IMG/VR virus record: IMGVR_UViG_3300046665_000193
Span: 1-64,000 of that record
Direction: 5' to 3' (one strand)
Source of the DNA: a virus
Length of the DNA: 64,000 nucleotides
Both the position numbers and the translations under genes were made by a program. The notes under the pieces are model-generated. The model worked only from the letters and a program-made list of their open reading frames with translations. It was not told where the DNA came from and made no database searches. Of this stretch, positions 1 through 10,005 are shown one piece after another (positions within the stretch are counted from its first letter, which is position 1; the number at the start of each line of letters is the position of its first letter).

Positions 1-2
1 TC

Positions 3-2162
3 GGTCGCCTCACAGGCGGCGCAGACTTCAACGATCTCGTCACCTCCTACATCCGTAACACCGACCCGACGTTGGATTGGCATCCGGCTGTACAGCGGCT
101 CGGCGATCACATCGCAAAGATGAACCGCGAGAAGCTGCTCGACGCACAGAACCCGCTACGCCGTGAGGGCATGGTAGGGCGTCCGCTAAAGGGCTGGGAG
201 GAAATCCCAGAGAACCCGAACTACATGATGCGCATCTACGACGGCTTCAAGGTCAACCAGCTCATGGACGTTAGCCTCGGCAACGCCATCGGCCAGAAGG
301 GCTTGGAGACGTGGTTCAAGAACGCAATGCGCAAGGCGCAGACGTGGATGGACGAAGAGCTGCTCGACCGTATTGCGGCGGGCACCGTCAAGCGTCTCCG
401 CAACAAAGCCAACGGCATCGACGAAGCGATGAACATGATGCACTCCGGTTTCGATCTGGAGCACCTCAAGGGCATCCTCGTTGACGAGGGCCTGGACGAG
501 AAGCGCGTCGAGCAAGTGCTCGGCACTGTTCGCATCAACACGGAGACCGGCAAGGACGCTCGCGCCCGGCACCGTATCCTGTTGGATGAGACGCACGTTG
601 AGCGTGGCTATCGCACTGTCGATGGCAACACTCGCGACATCTCTCTCAGTGACTTCACCGTCACCGATGCGAAGCACCTCAGTGACATCTACTTCCGTCA
701 CATGAATGGTCGTATCGCTCTCGCTCGCGTTCGCATCAAGAACCCGACGACGGGTGAGATGCTCGTCAACGGCATCACGTCGGACACTGAGTTCGCAACG
801 CTGCGCACGAAGCTGCGTCAGTCGATGCTCGATAGTGGCATGTCGAAGGGGGAGATGGACAAGGCTACGGCCAACCTCGACTTCCTTTATGACCGCACTC
901 TCGGTCGCCCTGATCCTGCACAAAACGGTGCATGGGCAGACTGGCTGCGTCGCGTCCGCAAGTACAACTTCGTGCGGCAGGCTGGTTCGTTCGGTCTGGC
1001 TCAGCTTCCTGAAATGGCGATGATCCCGGCACAGCTCGGCGTCAAAGCGTTCATGCAGCACATGCCCGCGTTCAAGCGCATCATGACTACCGATGGCCGC
1101 ACTATCCTTAAGGATGGTCTGGCTGCTGAGTGGGAAGCTGCGTTCGGCAACGGCACTGACCGTATGCGCGGCATGCAGTTCTTCAAGAACGAAGAGCTGG
1201 GTGGCCACACGCAGGGCGCGGTCGGCAAGCTCGACAATGCTCTCGACTTCGCGCAGAACGCCGTGGCCGAAGCATCGGGCATGACGACGGTCAACACCAT
1301 GCTGCAGCGTACCACCGCGAAGGTGATCACGCAGAAGTTCGCAGACATGGCCCTCGATCCGTCGAAGATCAACATGAAGCGCATGGCCTCACTCGGCCTC
1401 AGCGATGAGATGCTCAAGCGCATCCTGTCGCAGACTAAGCACTTCACGAAAGAGGACGGTGTCCTGTTCGACGGCAAGGTCACTAAGATGAACCTTGACC
1501 GCTGGACGGATGCGGAAGCCCGCGCGGCTTTCGAGAACTCTGTCTTCCGTTGGTCGCGTCGCATCATCCAAGAGAACGACATCGGCAACATGCACCGCTG
1601 GGCCTCAGCTCCACTGTGGCAGATGCTCTTCCAGTTCCGCACGTTCTCGATCAACTCTTGGAACAAGCAGTTCATGCTGAACATGCACATGCGAGACATG
1701 ACCTCTTTCCACGTCATGACATACTCGCTCCTCGCGGGCGCGGGTGCTTACGCACTCCGTCAGCAGATCAACGCAGTGGGTCGCTCCGATAAGGACGACT
1801 TCCTCGCCAAGCGCCTGTCTCCCGACAAGCTCGCGCTCGGTGCATTCCAGAATACTGGATGGTCGTCGCTCATCCCCATGGGCATCGACACTGCAGGCTA
1901 TCTCACCGGCAACAGCCCGGTGTTCGACGCACGCACCTCAGGCAACGCCTCGGATGTCATCTTCGGTTCGCCCACTGTTGGCTTCATCGACGACATCGCA
2001 AAGGCAGCGAAGGGTGTTGTGCAGCCGATCAAGGATGGCCGCGAACGCTCGCAGTTCGAGTATCGCAACATCGCTGCGGTTGCACCGCTCAAGAACTGGG
2101 CACCATGGCAAGGGCTTCTGTCCTCCATGATCTCCGGTGCCCCTGAACGGCCACCGCGCTAA
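3..2162 (+). CDS. Internal virion protein D (gp16-like), C-terminal part, 5'-truncated
   Basis: Frame open from base 3 (GRLTGGADFNDLV...); close paralogue of the C-terminal half of 41113-45558. Confidence 0.85.
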   Translation, partial: GRLTGGADFNDLVTSYIRNTDPTLDWHPAVQRLGDHIAKMNREKLLDAQNPLRREGMVGRPLKGWEEIPENPNYMMRIYDGFKVNQLMDVSLGNAIGQKGLETWFKNAMRKAQTWMDEELLDRIAAGTVKRLRNKANGIDEAMNMMHSGFDLEHLKGILVDEGLDEKRVEQVLGTVRINTETGKDARARHRILLDETHVERGYRTVDGNTRDISLSDFTVTDAKHLSDIYFRHMNGRIALARVRIKNPTTGEMLVNGITSDTEFATLRTKLRQSMLDSGMSKGEMDKATANLDFLYDRTLGRPDPAQNGAWADWLRRVRKYNFVRQAGSFGLAQLPEMAMIPAQLGVKAFMQHMPAFKRIMTTDGRTILKDGLAAEWEAAFGNGTDRMRGMQFFKNEELGGHTQGAVGKLDNALDFAQNAVAEASGMTTVNTMLQRTTAKVITQKFADMALDPSKINMKRMASLGLSDEMLKRILSQTKHFTKEDGVLFDGKVTKMNLDRWTDAEARAAFENSVFRWSRRIIQENDIGNMHRWASAPLWQMLFQFRTFSINSWNKQFMLNMHMRDMTSFHVMTYSLLAGAGAYALRQQINAVGRSDKDDFLAKRLSPDKLALGAFQNTGWSSLIPMGIDTAGYLTGNSPVFDARTSGNASDVIFGSPTVGFIDDIAKAAKGVVQPIKDGRERSQFEYRNIAAVAPLKNWAPWQGLLSSMISGAPERPPR

Positions 2163-2220
2163 CACACATGCGGGGAGGTTGGGTTGCACTCCTACCTCCC
2201 TGCTTACATCAGAAAGAATA

Positions 2221-3564
2221 ATGGCAAGCTACGTCTTCTATCCGGGTGACGGAACCCAGACTGACTGGGCAGTTCCGTTTCCCTACCTCTCGACTGACCA
2301 CGTCAAGGTCTCTGTCGGCGGCGTCGCAAAGACGATCACTTGGCTCAACAGCGCTCTCGTGCGGATCACTCCCGCTGCTGCTGCAGGCACGGCGGTCCTC
2401 GTCCAGCGCGTCACCCAGAAGACGCCGATGACGGTCTTTGAGAATACCAACAACCTCACTGCAGAGAACCTGACGCTCGCCGAGACGCAGGCTCTGTTCA
2501 TTGCGGAAGAGGCCAGCGACCGCGCCTCTCTGTCTATCACCATCGACGACGGCACAGGCCAGTACAGCTTCCAAGGACGACGCGCGATCAACATGGCCGA
2601 CCCGGTCAATGATCAGGACGCCGTCACGAAGCACTGGGCCGAGACCGGCATGTCGTCCCAACTCCAACAGGCCACATCCGAGAAGTCTCAGGCTGTTACA
2701 GCTCGACAGGCCGCTGAGGCTGCGCGTGATGTCGCCATCGCTAAGGCTACGGCTACCAATGCCGATGCCGTCGCCACCGCTGCTGATCGCGTCCAGACTG
2801 GACTGGATCGTGTAGCTACCGCTGCTGATGTCGTCACCGTGGCGCAGGACCGTGCTGTAGTTCGCGCAGATCGCGTTGCTGTTGCTGACGACCGCTCGAC
2901 TGTCGCTTCAGACAAGGCGACCGTTGCTGCCGATAAGGCGACTGTAGCTGCCGATAAGGCAACTGTAGCTGCCGACAAGCAGACCACTCAGGGATACCGC
3001 GACACCGCGAAGACTCATCAGGACAATGCTGCTGCTTCGGCTGCGGCTGCTGCTGCGTCGGCTGGTAGCGTCAACGGCCCGAACCTCCTGACGAAGAGTG
3101 GCAATCTCGACGGCCTCGCCGACAAGGGCGCTTCTCGAACCAACCTCGGCCTCGGCGCTGCTTCGGTCAAGGAGGTGGCAACCAAAGCTGCCCTCGTAAG
3201 TGCATCCGGCAGTGACGTGATCGCGACCGACAAGGCGTGGGACGCGGCGAAGTGGGTACCGCTCGGCAATATCACCGGCGCTGTCACCATCGACGCCAAT
3301 ACGGGTACTCGCTTCTACGGTGTCCTGACGGGCAACGTCACGATCTCCGTAAGCAACCCCAAGGACGGCCAGCCTATCGAAGTCGTGCTGTATCAAGACG
3401 CGACGGGAGGCCGCACTGTCAGTTGGAACTCCCAGTTCGCTTGGCCTAGCGCTGCTGCGCCGGAAGTCTCTACGGCTGCAAACACCGTGGCAGTAGTCGT
3501 TACGGGCGTCTCCGCTTGGAACGCATCAACGATCTTCGCTGCAGGCTGGAAGGTGACAGCGTAA
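2221..3564 (+). CDS. Tail fibre protein (gp17-like N-terminal adaptor)
   Basis: N-terminus YPGDGTQTDWAVPFPYL resembles the T7 gp17 anchor; VAADKAT repeats; follows gp16; ATG 2221 matches the B copy. Confidence 0.85.
   Translation: MASYVFYPGDGTQTDWAVPFPYLSTDHVKVSVGGVAKTITWLNSALVRITPAAAAGTAVLVQRVTQKTPMTVFENTNNLTAENLTLAETQALFIAEEASDRASLSITIDDGTGQYSFQGRRAINMADPVNDQDAVTKHWAETGMSSQLQQATSEKSQAVTARQAAEAARDVAIAKATATNADAVATAADRVQTGLDRVATAADVVTVAQDRAVVRADRVAVADDRSTVASDKATVAADKATVAADKATVAADKQTTQGYRDTAKTHQDNAAASAAAAAASAGSVNGPNLLTKSGNLDGLADKGASRTNLGLGAASVKEVATKAALVSASGSDVIATDKAWDAAKWVPLGNITGAVTIDANTGTRFYGVLTGNVTISVSNPKDGQPIEVVLYQDATGGRTVSWNSQFAWPSAAAPEVSTAANTVAVVVTGVSAWNASTIFAAGWKVTA
2905..2978 (+). repeat. 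21-bp tandem repeats encoding VAADKAT heptads
   Basis: Repeated gc(c/t)ga(c/t)aaggc(g/a)ac(c/t)gt(a/t)gct units; related block in B at ~46280-46380. Confidence 0.8.
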
Positions 3565-4445
3565 TGCTGTTGCCTTTCCTCAAGGCACGCATCGGCGGCG
3601 CTGACATCGACATGCTACCCAACCCATTCTCGTTCGCGACAGTGGGTGGTCAGCCGCCCGGCACATGGGTGGCGTCTGCCGTAGTGCAGATCACAGGGAT
3701 CAGCGTCCCGGTGCCAGTCACAGTGAACACCGGCCAATTCCGCATCCTCGACGCCACGCAGACCATCGTCATTCAGGATTGGGCCACGTTGGGCTCAATC
3801 AAGAAGGGGCAGTGCATCCAGCTTCGCCAAATCTCTTCCGGCAGCTACAGCGGCACGGTTGCGATGGGTGTCAATGTCGGGAAGGCGTCCGTTGTCTGGT
3901 ACGTCACGACTGTATCGGTCACTGGCGGCTCCGCGTCTTGGGGCACGCCCGGCGTCTACTACTTCACCATCCCGTACTACAACCAGTTCAACGTCGATGT
4001 GTACGGTGCTGGGGGTGGTGGCGGCGGCATGGGCAACGATCAATACCCGATGGGCGGCGACGGCGGATACAGCTACTTCAACGCGCAAGACGGCAACGTC
4101 GTTGGCTACGGCGGCGGCGGTGGATGGGGTGGTCGGCAGTTCTATCCGTACAACGCTGGCGGACCCGGCGCTAACGGGACCGGCGTCAACGGCGCTGGCA
4201 ATATCACGGGCGGCGGCGCGGCTGGTGGCGCTCCCGGCGGCTATAGCGGCACCTTCTCTGTGTCCGGCTATCCCGGCGGCTATGGAGGCCGTGCTTATAA
4301 GAGTTGGTTTCAGGGCAGTGCCCTCGCGCCGGGATCAACCATCCAGATCGTTGTAGGCCAAGGTGGCCCTCCCGGCTCTATCGAGGGCGGCAACTACGGC
4401 GGCACATGGGGCGGCAATGGTGCCGTCTATGTTTCATGGGGTTAA
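3564..4445 (+). CDS. Glycine-rich tail-associated / putative receptor-binding protein
   Basis: ATG overlaps fibre stop (TAATG); GAGGGGG...GGNGAVYVSW Gly-rich domain; paralogue 46959-47906. Confidence 0.65.
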   Translation: MLLPFLKARIGGADIDMLPNPFSFATVGGQPPGTWVASAVVQITGISVPVPVTVNTGQFRILDATQTIVIQDWATLGSIKKGQCIQLRQISSGSYSGTVAMGVNVGKASVVWYVTTVSVTGGSASWGTPGVYYFTIPYYNQFNVDVYGAGGGGGGMGNDQYPMGGDGGYSYFNAQDGNVVGYGGGGGWGGRQFYPYNAGGPGANGTGVNGAGNITGGGAAGGAPGGYSGTFSVSGYPGGYGGRAYKSWFQGSALAPGSTIQIVVGQGGPPGSIEGGNYGGTWGGNGAVYVSWG

Positions 4446-4447
4446 CA

Positions 4448-4936
4448 ATGCAATATGTAGTTCAAGAAACTACTCCCGGTGCATTCGTCGAAGTTCCGTT
4501 CGGCGCAAGCATCTCTATAGGTGATGTGCTGCATCCGTGGCAGATCACCGAACTGTGGACTGACGCGGAGCTAGAAGCTATCGGCGTCTTCCGCGTTGAA
4601 CCTGCAGTGCCGCCGAATGAAAACGCGGTGGTCCTCGGTTACTCGTTCAGTCGAGTGGAAGGCAAGGTCTCTCAGCTACTCCAGCTTGAGTTCAAGGATG
4701 CACCTGAAGTTCGGGTGTCGCCACGACAGCTTCGGCTGGCAATGAACCAGATGGGATTGCGGGATCAGATTGAAGACTGGGTCGCTGCCCAGCCTCGCGA
4801 CATCCGGGATAGCTGGCAATACTCCACGGAGTTCTATGCCTCGCACCCGTTCGTCCAAGGCGCGAAGGTCGCACTCGGTAAGTCGGACACGGAGTTGGTG
4901 GCACTGTTTGCTGCTGCTTCCATGATCCCGACATGA
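4448..4936 (+). CDS. Hypothetical phage protein, possible tail fibre assembly factor
   Basis: Conserved with 47909-48397; VSPRQLRLA motif common in proteins next to fibre genes. Confidence 0.5.
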   Translation: MQYVVQETTPGAFVEVPFGASISIGDVLHPWQITELWTDAELEAIGVFRVEPAVPPNENAVVLGYSFSRVEGKVSQLLQLEFKDAPEVRVSPRQLRLAMNQMGLRDQIEDWVAAQPRDIRDSWQYSTEFYASHPFVQGAKVALGKSDTELVALFAAASMIPT

Positions 4937-5112
4937 ACCTTGAGCATGTAACGAACGGGACGGCAGTAGGCGCTATCACTAGCTACTTCTGGCTCCCGTC
5001 GTTCCACTCTATCTCGGCAGCATGCGCCGAAGTCGTGCCGGTCCTCGGTGCCCTGTGGCTCCTGATCCAGATCGGCTTCAAGTTCTATGATCGGTACTAC
5101 GGGCGACCGTGA
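4933..5112 (+). CDS. Small membrane protein, holin-like (gp17.5 position)
   Basis: 59 aa MNLEHVTNGTAVGAITSYFW...VLGALWLLIQIGFKFY read by hand; conserved in B at 48394-48573. Confidence 0.55.
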   Translation: MNLEHVTNGTAVGAITSYFWLPSFHSISAACAEVVPVLGALWLLIQIGFKFYDRYYGRP

Positions 5113-5534
5113 TCCGCATTCGTAAGGTGGACGGTTTCAAACACTCTCGGGTGCTTTGTGACCTCCACGACGAAACCTTCGGTGACAGCGCTCCGCAGCT
5201 CGATACGACCTACGGTCACTACTGGATCGCATACGACGAGGCCACTCCGGTCGGCTTCTGTTGGATGACACAATCCACCCTGGCACCCGACATTGGTTAC
5301 CTGAAACGCGCTGGCGTCCTCCCTGCATATCGCGGGCAGGGGATGCAGCTCCGTCTCCTTAAGGTCCGCGAAGCTGAGGCTAAGCGGCAGGGATGGACGC
5401 GCACGATCAGCGACACCGCATTCCACAACATCTCCTCCTCCAACAATCTGATCCGTGCTGGCTACAAGCTGTTCGAGCCGCCCCATCGCTGGGCGTTCGC
5501 CAGTGGCCTGTACTGGACGAAGGACCTCACATGA
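5109..5534 (+). CDS. GNAT family N-acetyltransferase
   Basis: Motif A VLPAYRGQGMQLRLL and N..S.NNLIRAGY. Confidence 0.85.
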   Translation: MIRIRKVDGFKHSRVLCDLHDETFGDSAPQLDTTYGHYWIAYDEATPVGFCWMTQSTLAPDIGYLKRAGVLPAYRGQGMQLRLLKVREAEAKRQGWTRTISDTAFHNISSSNNLIRAGYKLFEPPHRWAFASGLYWTKDLT

Positions 5535-5764
5535 GCAGCAATTCCGGCAAGGCATCGCTGGAGCTGATGGAGATACTCCACGGCATCCTCGCGACCTCGC
5601 TCGCCGACAAGATCAGGGACGGCACGGCCACTGCGGCTGACCTCTCGGTCGCCCGCCAGTTCCTTAAGGACAACGGCGTGGACGCTATCCCGACGAAGGG
5701 CAACGGCCTCGGCAAGCTGGCCGAACAGCTCCCATTCAAAGACACGGACGACGAAGACGAATGA
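5531..5764 (+). CDS. Terminase small subunit (gp18-like)
   Basis: ADLSVARQFLKDNG motif; position upstream of TerL. Confidence 0.8.
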   Translation: MSSNSGKASLELMEILHGILATSLADKIRDGTATAADLSVARQFLKDNGVDAIPTKGNGLGKLAEQLPFKDTDDEDE

Positions 5765-7203
5765 CACCCGACCTCATCTCGGTCTCTGTTGCTGACTTCC
5801 TCTGGAAGGCTGGCATCAAGAAGGCCGGGGCACTCTCCGCTGCCACGCGCAGTGATGACGGTAAGACCTTCACCGGGTCTGGCGTCAAGCCCGGCTCCAG
5901 CGTTGTGGTGCTCGTCAACGCAGCCAGCGTTGCCACCGTCACCGCCGACGCCTCGGGCAACTGGACTTACACCTTCACGACTGCTCCCGCTGCTGGCTCT
6001 GTTGTCGGCTGGGATGGCACCACGACTGCACCGACGCTGACCGTGCCGCAGGCTGCTGCGCCTCCGGTATCTAGCCTGCTCGATCTGCACTCGCGCATTG
6101 TCTACTTCGGCGACAGCATCACAGCCAACCGTGGCTTCTCAGGCTTCGCTGACTGGTGTCAGTTCTTCTCGCGCGGTCGCTACTTCGGCAAGGCCATCGG
6201 CTCCAACGGTCTCGGCCCCACGGGCTGGAACCAAGGCGTTGTAGGCGACACCACTGATAAGCTTATCGCTCGCATCCAGAATGTGATCGACGAAGCTCCG
6301 AAGGTCGTCTTCCTGCTCATCGGCACGAACGACATCGGCGCTGGCGGCAAGGACGCAGCTTACATCACCGCGCGGATGCGCATCATCATCGACACCCTGA
6401 AGGCCGCTGGCATCAAGGTGGTGATGGGCACGATCATCGCTCGTATCGCTTCCGGCTGGGGCTCTGCCCAGAACGCCGTGAAGGATGCGGTCAATGCGTG
6501 GATCAAGGCGCAGACGGACATTGTCGTCGCTGATACCGCCGCTGCGATCACCAACGCTGCAACGCAGCTCATGGCAGACGGTACGCACCCGAACGGCCTT
6601 GGCGCTCAGCCGATGGGCCGCGTCGCTGCGGACGCCATCAGCAGCCTGATCTCGACCAACGACATCCTCTACACGCTGCCGACAGCTCCTGCAGAGAACC
6701 TCTTCGCCAACCCGTTCTTCACGGGCGGCACCACGACGGCAACGTCATGGACGTTCTTCCAAGGCTCTAACGGCCTGACGAAGGCGGCGAGCAAGACCAC
6801 GCTCGATGGCTACGATGCACAGAAGATCGTGTGGAGTGGCACCGCGACTGCCGCTGTGGCGGACAACATCAACCAGAACGTCACGCCCGCTGGCGGCATC
6901 GCCGGAGATCTTTATGAGGCGTGGGTTGAGGTTCAGGTCAATCGCTTCACGGGCTTCCGTGGCATGGCGCTTGCGGCTGGCACCAACACCAGTGGCTTCA
7001 CCGCGATGTCGATCTCGGCTGTGGACACCATCGATCAGACGGCTCCGTTCCGGGGCGTGCTTCGCGCACCTCCGTCAGCACTCGCCACCAACGGCGGCAC
7101 TCTCGCCTCGCGCCTGTCATTCGTCCCCGCCAATGGCGCGGTGTGTGACGCCGAGGTGCTGATCCTCCGCTCTGGCTTCCGCCGAGTGCCGAACGGCCAA
7201 TAA
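5761..7203 (+). CDS. SGNH/GDSL hydrolase with N-terminal Ig-like domain
   Basis: FGDSIT, NQGVVG, IGTND and DGTHPN blocks; TVTADASGNWTYT Big-like segment; absent from B. Confidence 0.85.
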   Translation: MTPDLISVSVADFLWKAGIKKAGALSAATRSDDGKTFTGSGVKPGSSVVVLVNAASVATVTADASGNWTYTFTTAPAAGSVVGWDGTTTAPTLTVPQAAAPPVSSLLDLHSRIVYFGDSITANRGFSGFADWCQFFSRGRYFGKAIGSNGLGPTGWNQGVVGDTTDKLIARIQNVIDEAPKVVFLLIGTNDIGAGGKDAAYITARMRIIIDTLKAAGIKVVMGTIIARIASGWGSAQNAVKDAVNAWIKAQTDIVVADTAAAITNAATQLMADGTHPNGLGAQPMGRVAADAISSLISTNDILYTLPTAPAENLFANPFFTGGTTTATSWTFFQGSNGLTKAASKTTLDGYDAQKIVWSGTATAAVADNINQNVTPAGGIAGDLYEAWVEVQVNRFTGFRGMALAAGTNTSGFTAMSISAVDTIDQTAPFRGVLRAPPSALATNGGTLASRLSFVPANGAVCDAEVLILRSGFRRVPNGQ

Positions 7204-7214
7204 CGAAAGGATAC

Positions 7215-8966
7215 ATGGTCACAAAGACTAAGGCCCATCTTAAGGGGACAACCAGCCTAACCAACGCTGATCCCCTTAAGGCGGACTTCCGCAACTTCCT
7301 CTGGATGGTCTGGAAGCATCTCAATCTTCCTGAGCCGACACCAGTCCAGTATGACATCGCCAAGTTCTTGCAGCACGGCCCGCGCCGCTGCGTCATCGAA
7401 GCCTTCCGAGGCGTCGGCAAGAGCTGGGTCACTTCGGCCTTCGTATGCTGGTTGCTGTATTGCGACCCGCAGCTCAAGATCATGGTTGTCTCCGCGAGCA
7501 AGACCCGCGCCGACGACTTCTCGACCTTTACCCTGCGGCTCATCAACGACATCGAGCTGCTACACTTCCTTCGCCCGACTGGCGATCAGCGCAACTCCAA
7601 GATCGCCTTCGACGTTGGCCCAGCCCAGCCTGACCATTCGCCATCGGTGAAGTCGGTCGGCATCACCGGCCAGCTCACGGGCTCCCGCGCCAACTACATC
7701 ATCGCCGACGATATCGAGGTGGTGAACAACTCCGCGACGCAGGCCCTCCGCGATAAGCTGAGCGAGCTGGTCAAGGAGTTCGACGCAGTGCTCAAGCCGG
7801 GTGGTCGCGTGATCTACCTCGGCACTCCTCAGTGCGAGCAGTCGCTCTACAACTCACTTCCAGAACGCGGCTACGTCGTCCGCATCTGGCCCGCCCGCTA
7901 CCCGACGCCCGACAAGCGGGAGAAGTACGGGGCCAAGCTGGCACCCTTCATCGCCAACAAGCTGGACCTCGACGAGAGCCTAGCGTGGCAACCCACGGAC
8001 CCTGTGCGGTTCGACGACGAAGACCTCAGTGAGCGAGAGATGTCCTACGGGCGCTCTGGCTTTGCCCTTCAGTTCCAACTCGACACGAGCCTTTCAGATG
8101 CGGATCGATATCCTCTTCGCTTGCGCGATCTTGTTGTTCTCAGCCTTGATCCTCTACGCGCACCTTCGGACCTCGCGTGGGCCTCAGGGCCGGATCAGCT
8201 CTTCAACGAAGTCCCTGCTGTCGGACTTAACGGTGATCATTACTACCGGCCGATTTTCGTAAGTAAGGACTATCTGGAATACGAAGGTTCCGTCATGTTC
8301 GTCGATCCCTCGGGACGCGGCAAGGACGAGACCACCTACGCTGTCGTGAAGATGCTCCATGGGCGTCTGTTCCTCACGGACATCGGGGCGTTCCTCGGTG
8401 GCTATGACGACAAGACCCTCGGCGACATCTGCATGGCCGCGCGTCGGCAGCATGTGAACCTGATCCTCTGCGAGCCCAACTACGGCGGCGGCATGTTCAC
8501 CCAGCTTCTCTCGGCCAAGGCCCAGCAGGTCTACCCGGTCGAGGTGAAGGACGCTGAGTGGGCCAAGGTCCAGAAGGAGATGCGGATCATCGACACGCTG
8601 GAGCCGATCATGAACCAGCACCGGCTCGTGGTCTGCCCGAGTGTCATTCAGAAGGACTACAACTCCACCGAGTCCTACACTGCAGAGAACCAGCAGGCGT
8701 ACCGGCTGTTCTATCAGATGACCCGGATCACTCGTGACAGGGGCGCTCTAAAGCATGACGACAGGCTAGACGCGGTCGCTGGTGCCGTGGCGCACTGGAC
8801 CGAGTACATGAACCGGGACAGCGAGAAGGCGCACCTGACGGCTCGTGAGGCCGCTGTGGACGCGGAGCTGGAGAAGTTCATGTCTCAGGTCATTGGCCGG
8901 GATCGGTTCAACACCGGAACCGAGGATCGCTTCGCCAGCTCCATCATGAGTGGCAGACGCCGCTAA
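7215..8966 (+). CDS. Terminase large subunit (gp19-like)
   Basis: AFRGVGKS Walker A, IIADD Walker B, VDPSGRGKDE, HDDRLDA. Confidence 0.95.
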   Translation: MVTKTKAHLKGTTSLTNADPLKADFRNFLWMVWKHLNLPEPTPVQYDIAKFLQHGPRRCVIEAFRGVGKSWVTSAFVCWLLYCDPQLKIMVVSASKTRADDFSTFTLRLINDIELLHFLRPTGDQRNSKIAFDVGPAQPDHSPSVKSVGITGQLTGSRANYIIADDIEVVNNSATQALRDKLSELVKEFDAVLKPGGRVIYLGTPQCEQSLYNSLPERGYVVRIWPARYPTPDKREKYGAKLAPFIANKLDLDESLAWQPTDPVRFDDEDLSEREMSYGRSGFALQFQLDTSLSDADRYPLRLRDLVVLSLDPLRAPSDLAWASGPDQLFNEVPAVGLNGDHYYRPIFVSKDYLEYEGSVMFVDPSGRGKDETTYAVVKMLHGRLFLTDIGAFLGGYDDKTLGDICMAARRQHVNLILCEPNYGGGMFTQLLSAKAQQVYPVEVKDAEWAKVQKEMRIIDTLEPIMNQHRLVVCPSVIQKDYNSTESYTAENQQAYRLFYQMTRITRDRGALKHDDRLDAVAGAVAHWTEYMNRDSEKAHLTAREAAVDAELEKFMSQVIGRDRFNTGTEDRFASSIMSGRRR

Positions 8967-8986
8967 GGCACAACCCTAGCTTGGAA

Positions 8987-9002
8987 TAGGTTGCACTTCT
9001 AC
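8987..9002 (+). promoter_or_regulatory. Putative phage RNAP promoter TAGGTTGCACNYCTAC
   Basis: Motif also at 2180, 18614, 28546, 45577, 51248 and 63339, always at module starts. Confidence 0.6.
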
Positions 9003-9214
9003 ACTATGCGCTCCCCTCCGTTACCCTATAGGGACACTGAGGGGGGCTGTAGGTTCAGTGAAGGTTCTGGGAGGTACCTTAGGGGTCCCCAATAAGAATA
9101 GACCCATAAGAGGGTCCCCTTAGTACGGTACCCCTTAGAGGGTGACTGAGGGGGGTCCCATTCGAATAGGCCCACCTAAGGGATGACCGAGGGGGTTCGT
9201 GTCGAAGGGGGATG

Positions 9215-9560
9215 CGAGACCCGCCCTATAGCCTCGCTGACGCTCGGCTCCAGGGCGGAAGTATGGCAAGGCTCTCTAGGAAGCCCGTACAGTGCCCTTT
9301 CACCGGCACCCATCCTGACCTAGCGGGCCACCTCAAAAGACGCACCACGGGCCACGCCTGTTGATCCTATAGTGTCTATGAAGGGAAGGCGAAGGTGGGT
9401 TGCGGATAGTTGGTGCAAATCTCTGAAGTGGGGGCTCGAACCCTAAGGTGGCGCGTTTCCCCCGTGGCCCCCTCGATCTCTCGTGCATCGCAGGCGCATT
9501 GTCACCGCACCTTGTCACCACGCCACGCTAAGCCATTGATATCATTGACCATGCACTGGA
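9215..9560. other. Putative genome-end / packaging (terminal repeat) region of A
   Basis: Non-coding, between TerL and early promoter; strongly conserved with 51611-51940; IHF consensus at 9529-9541. Confidence 0.55.
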
Positions 9561-9679
9561 TGATGCATCCGCTTTGCCCATGAAATGCAGGGGGCGGGGC
9601 CTATGCGGGCAGTGCGGCGCGTCGCGTTAGTTGGCCTGTCTCTTCATATCAGTGTTTTTGTGGATGCAGCCCGCGCCCT

Positions 9680-9723
9680 CAGATGCACGTCACATGCACC
9701 TCACATGCACGTCAGATGCACGG
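9680..9723 (+). repeat. Four tandem 11-bp repeats CASATGCACST
   Basis: cagatgcacgt cacatgcacct cacatgcacgt cagatgcacgg. Confidence 0.8.
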
Positions 9724-10005
9724 GCAGGGCGCACAAGGTGACAGGGGCAGGCCGCGCGGATTGTCACCTATAGTGCACCTCACATGCACCTAGCGTGTGC
9801 CGTATGCCTTCCATTGGCCTGCAGCGTCATAGCGGCCACCGTTCGCACGGGTTGCACTGTCATTCCACGTTAGCAGGGCCATCACAGCCACTGCGATTGC
9901 ACCCAAGATGACGATTTGTTTGGCCTTCATAACTACACTTCGACTCCAAAAGAGGTGACAAAACAGTGGATTATAAAATTGTTCTGTCTACCCATATTTT
10001 TCTTG

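Noticed and set aside
3564-4445. Diversity-generating retroelement target
   Set aside because: No reverse transcriptase and no adenine-specific TR/VR pair seen.
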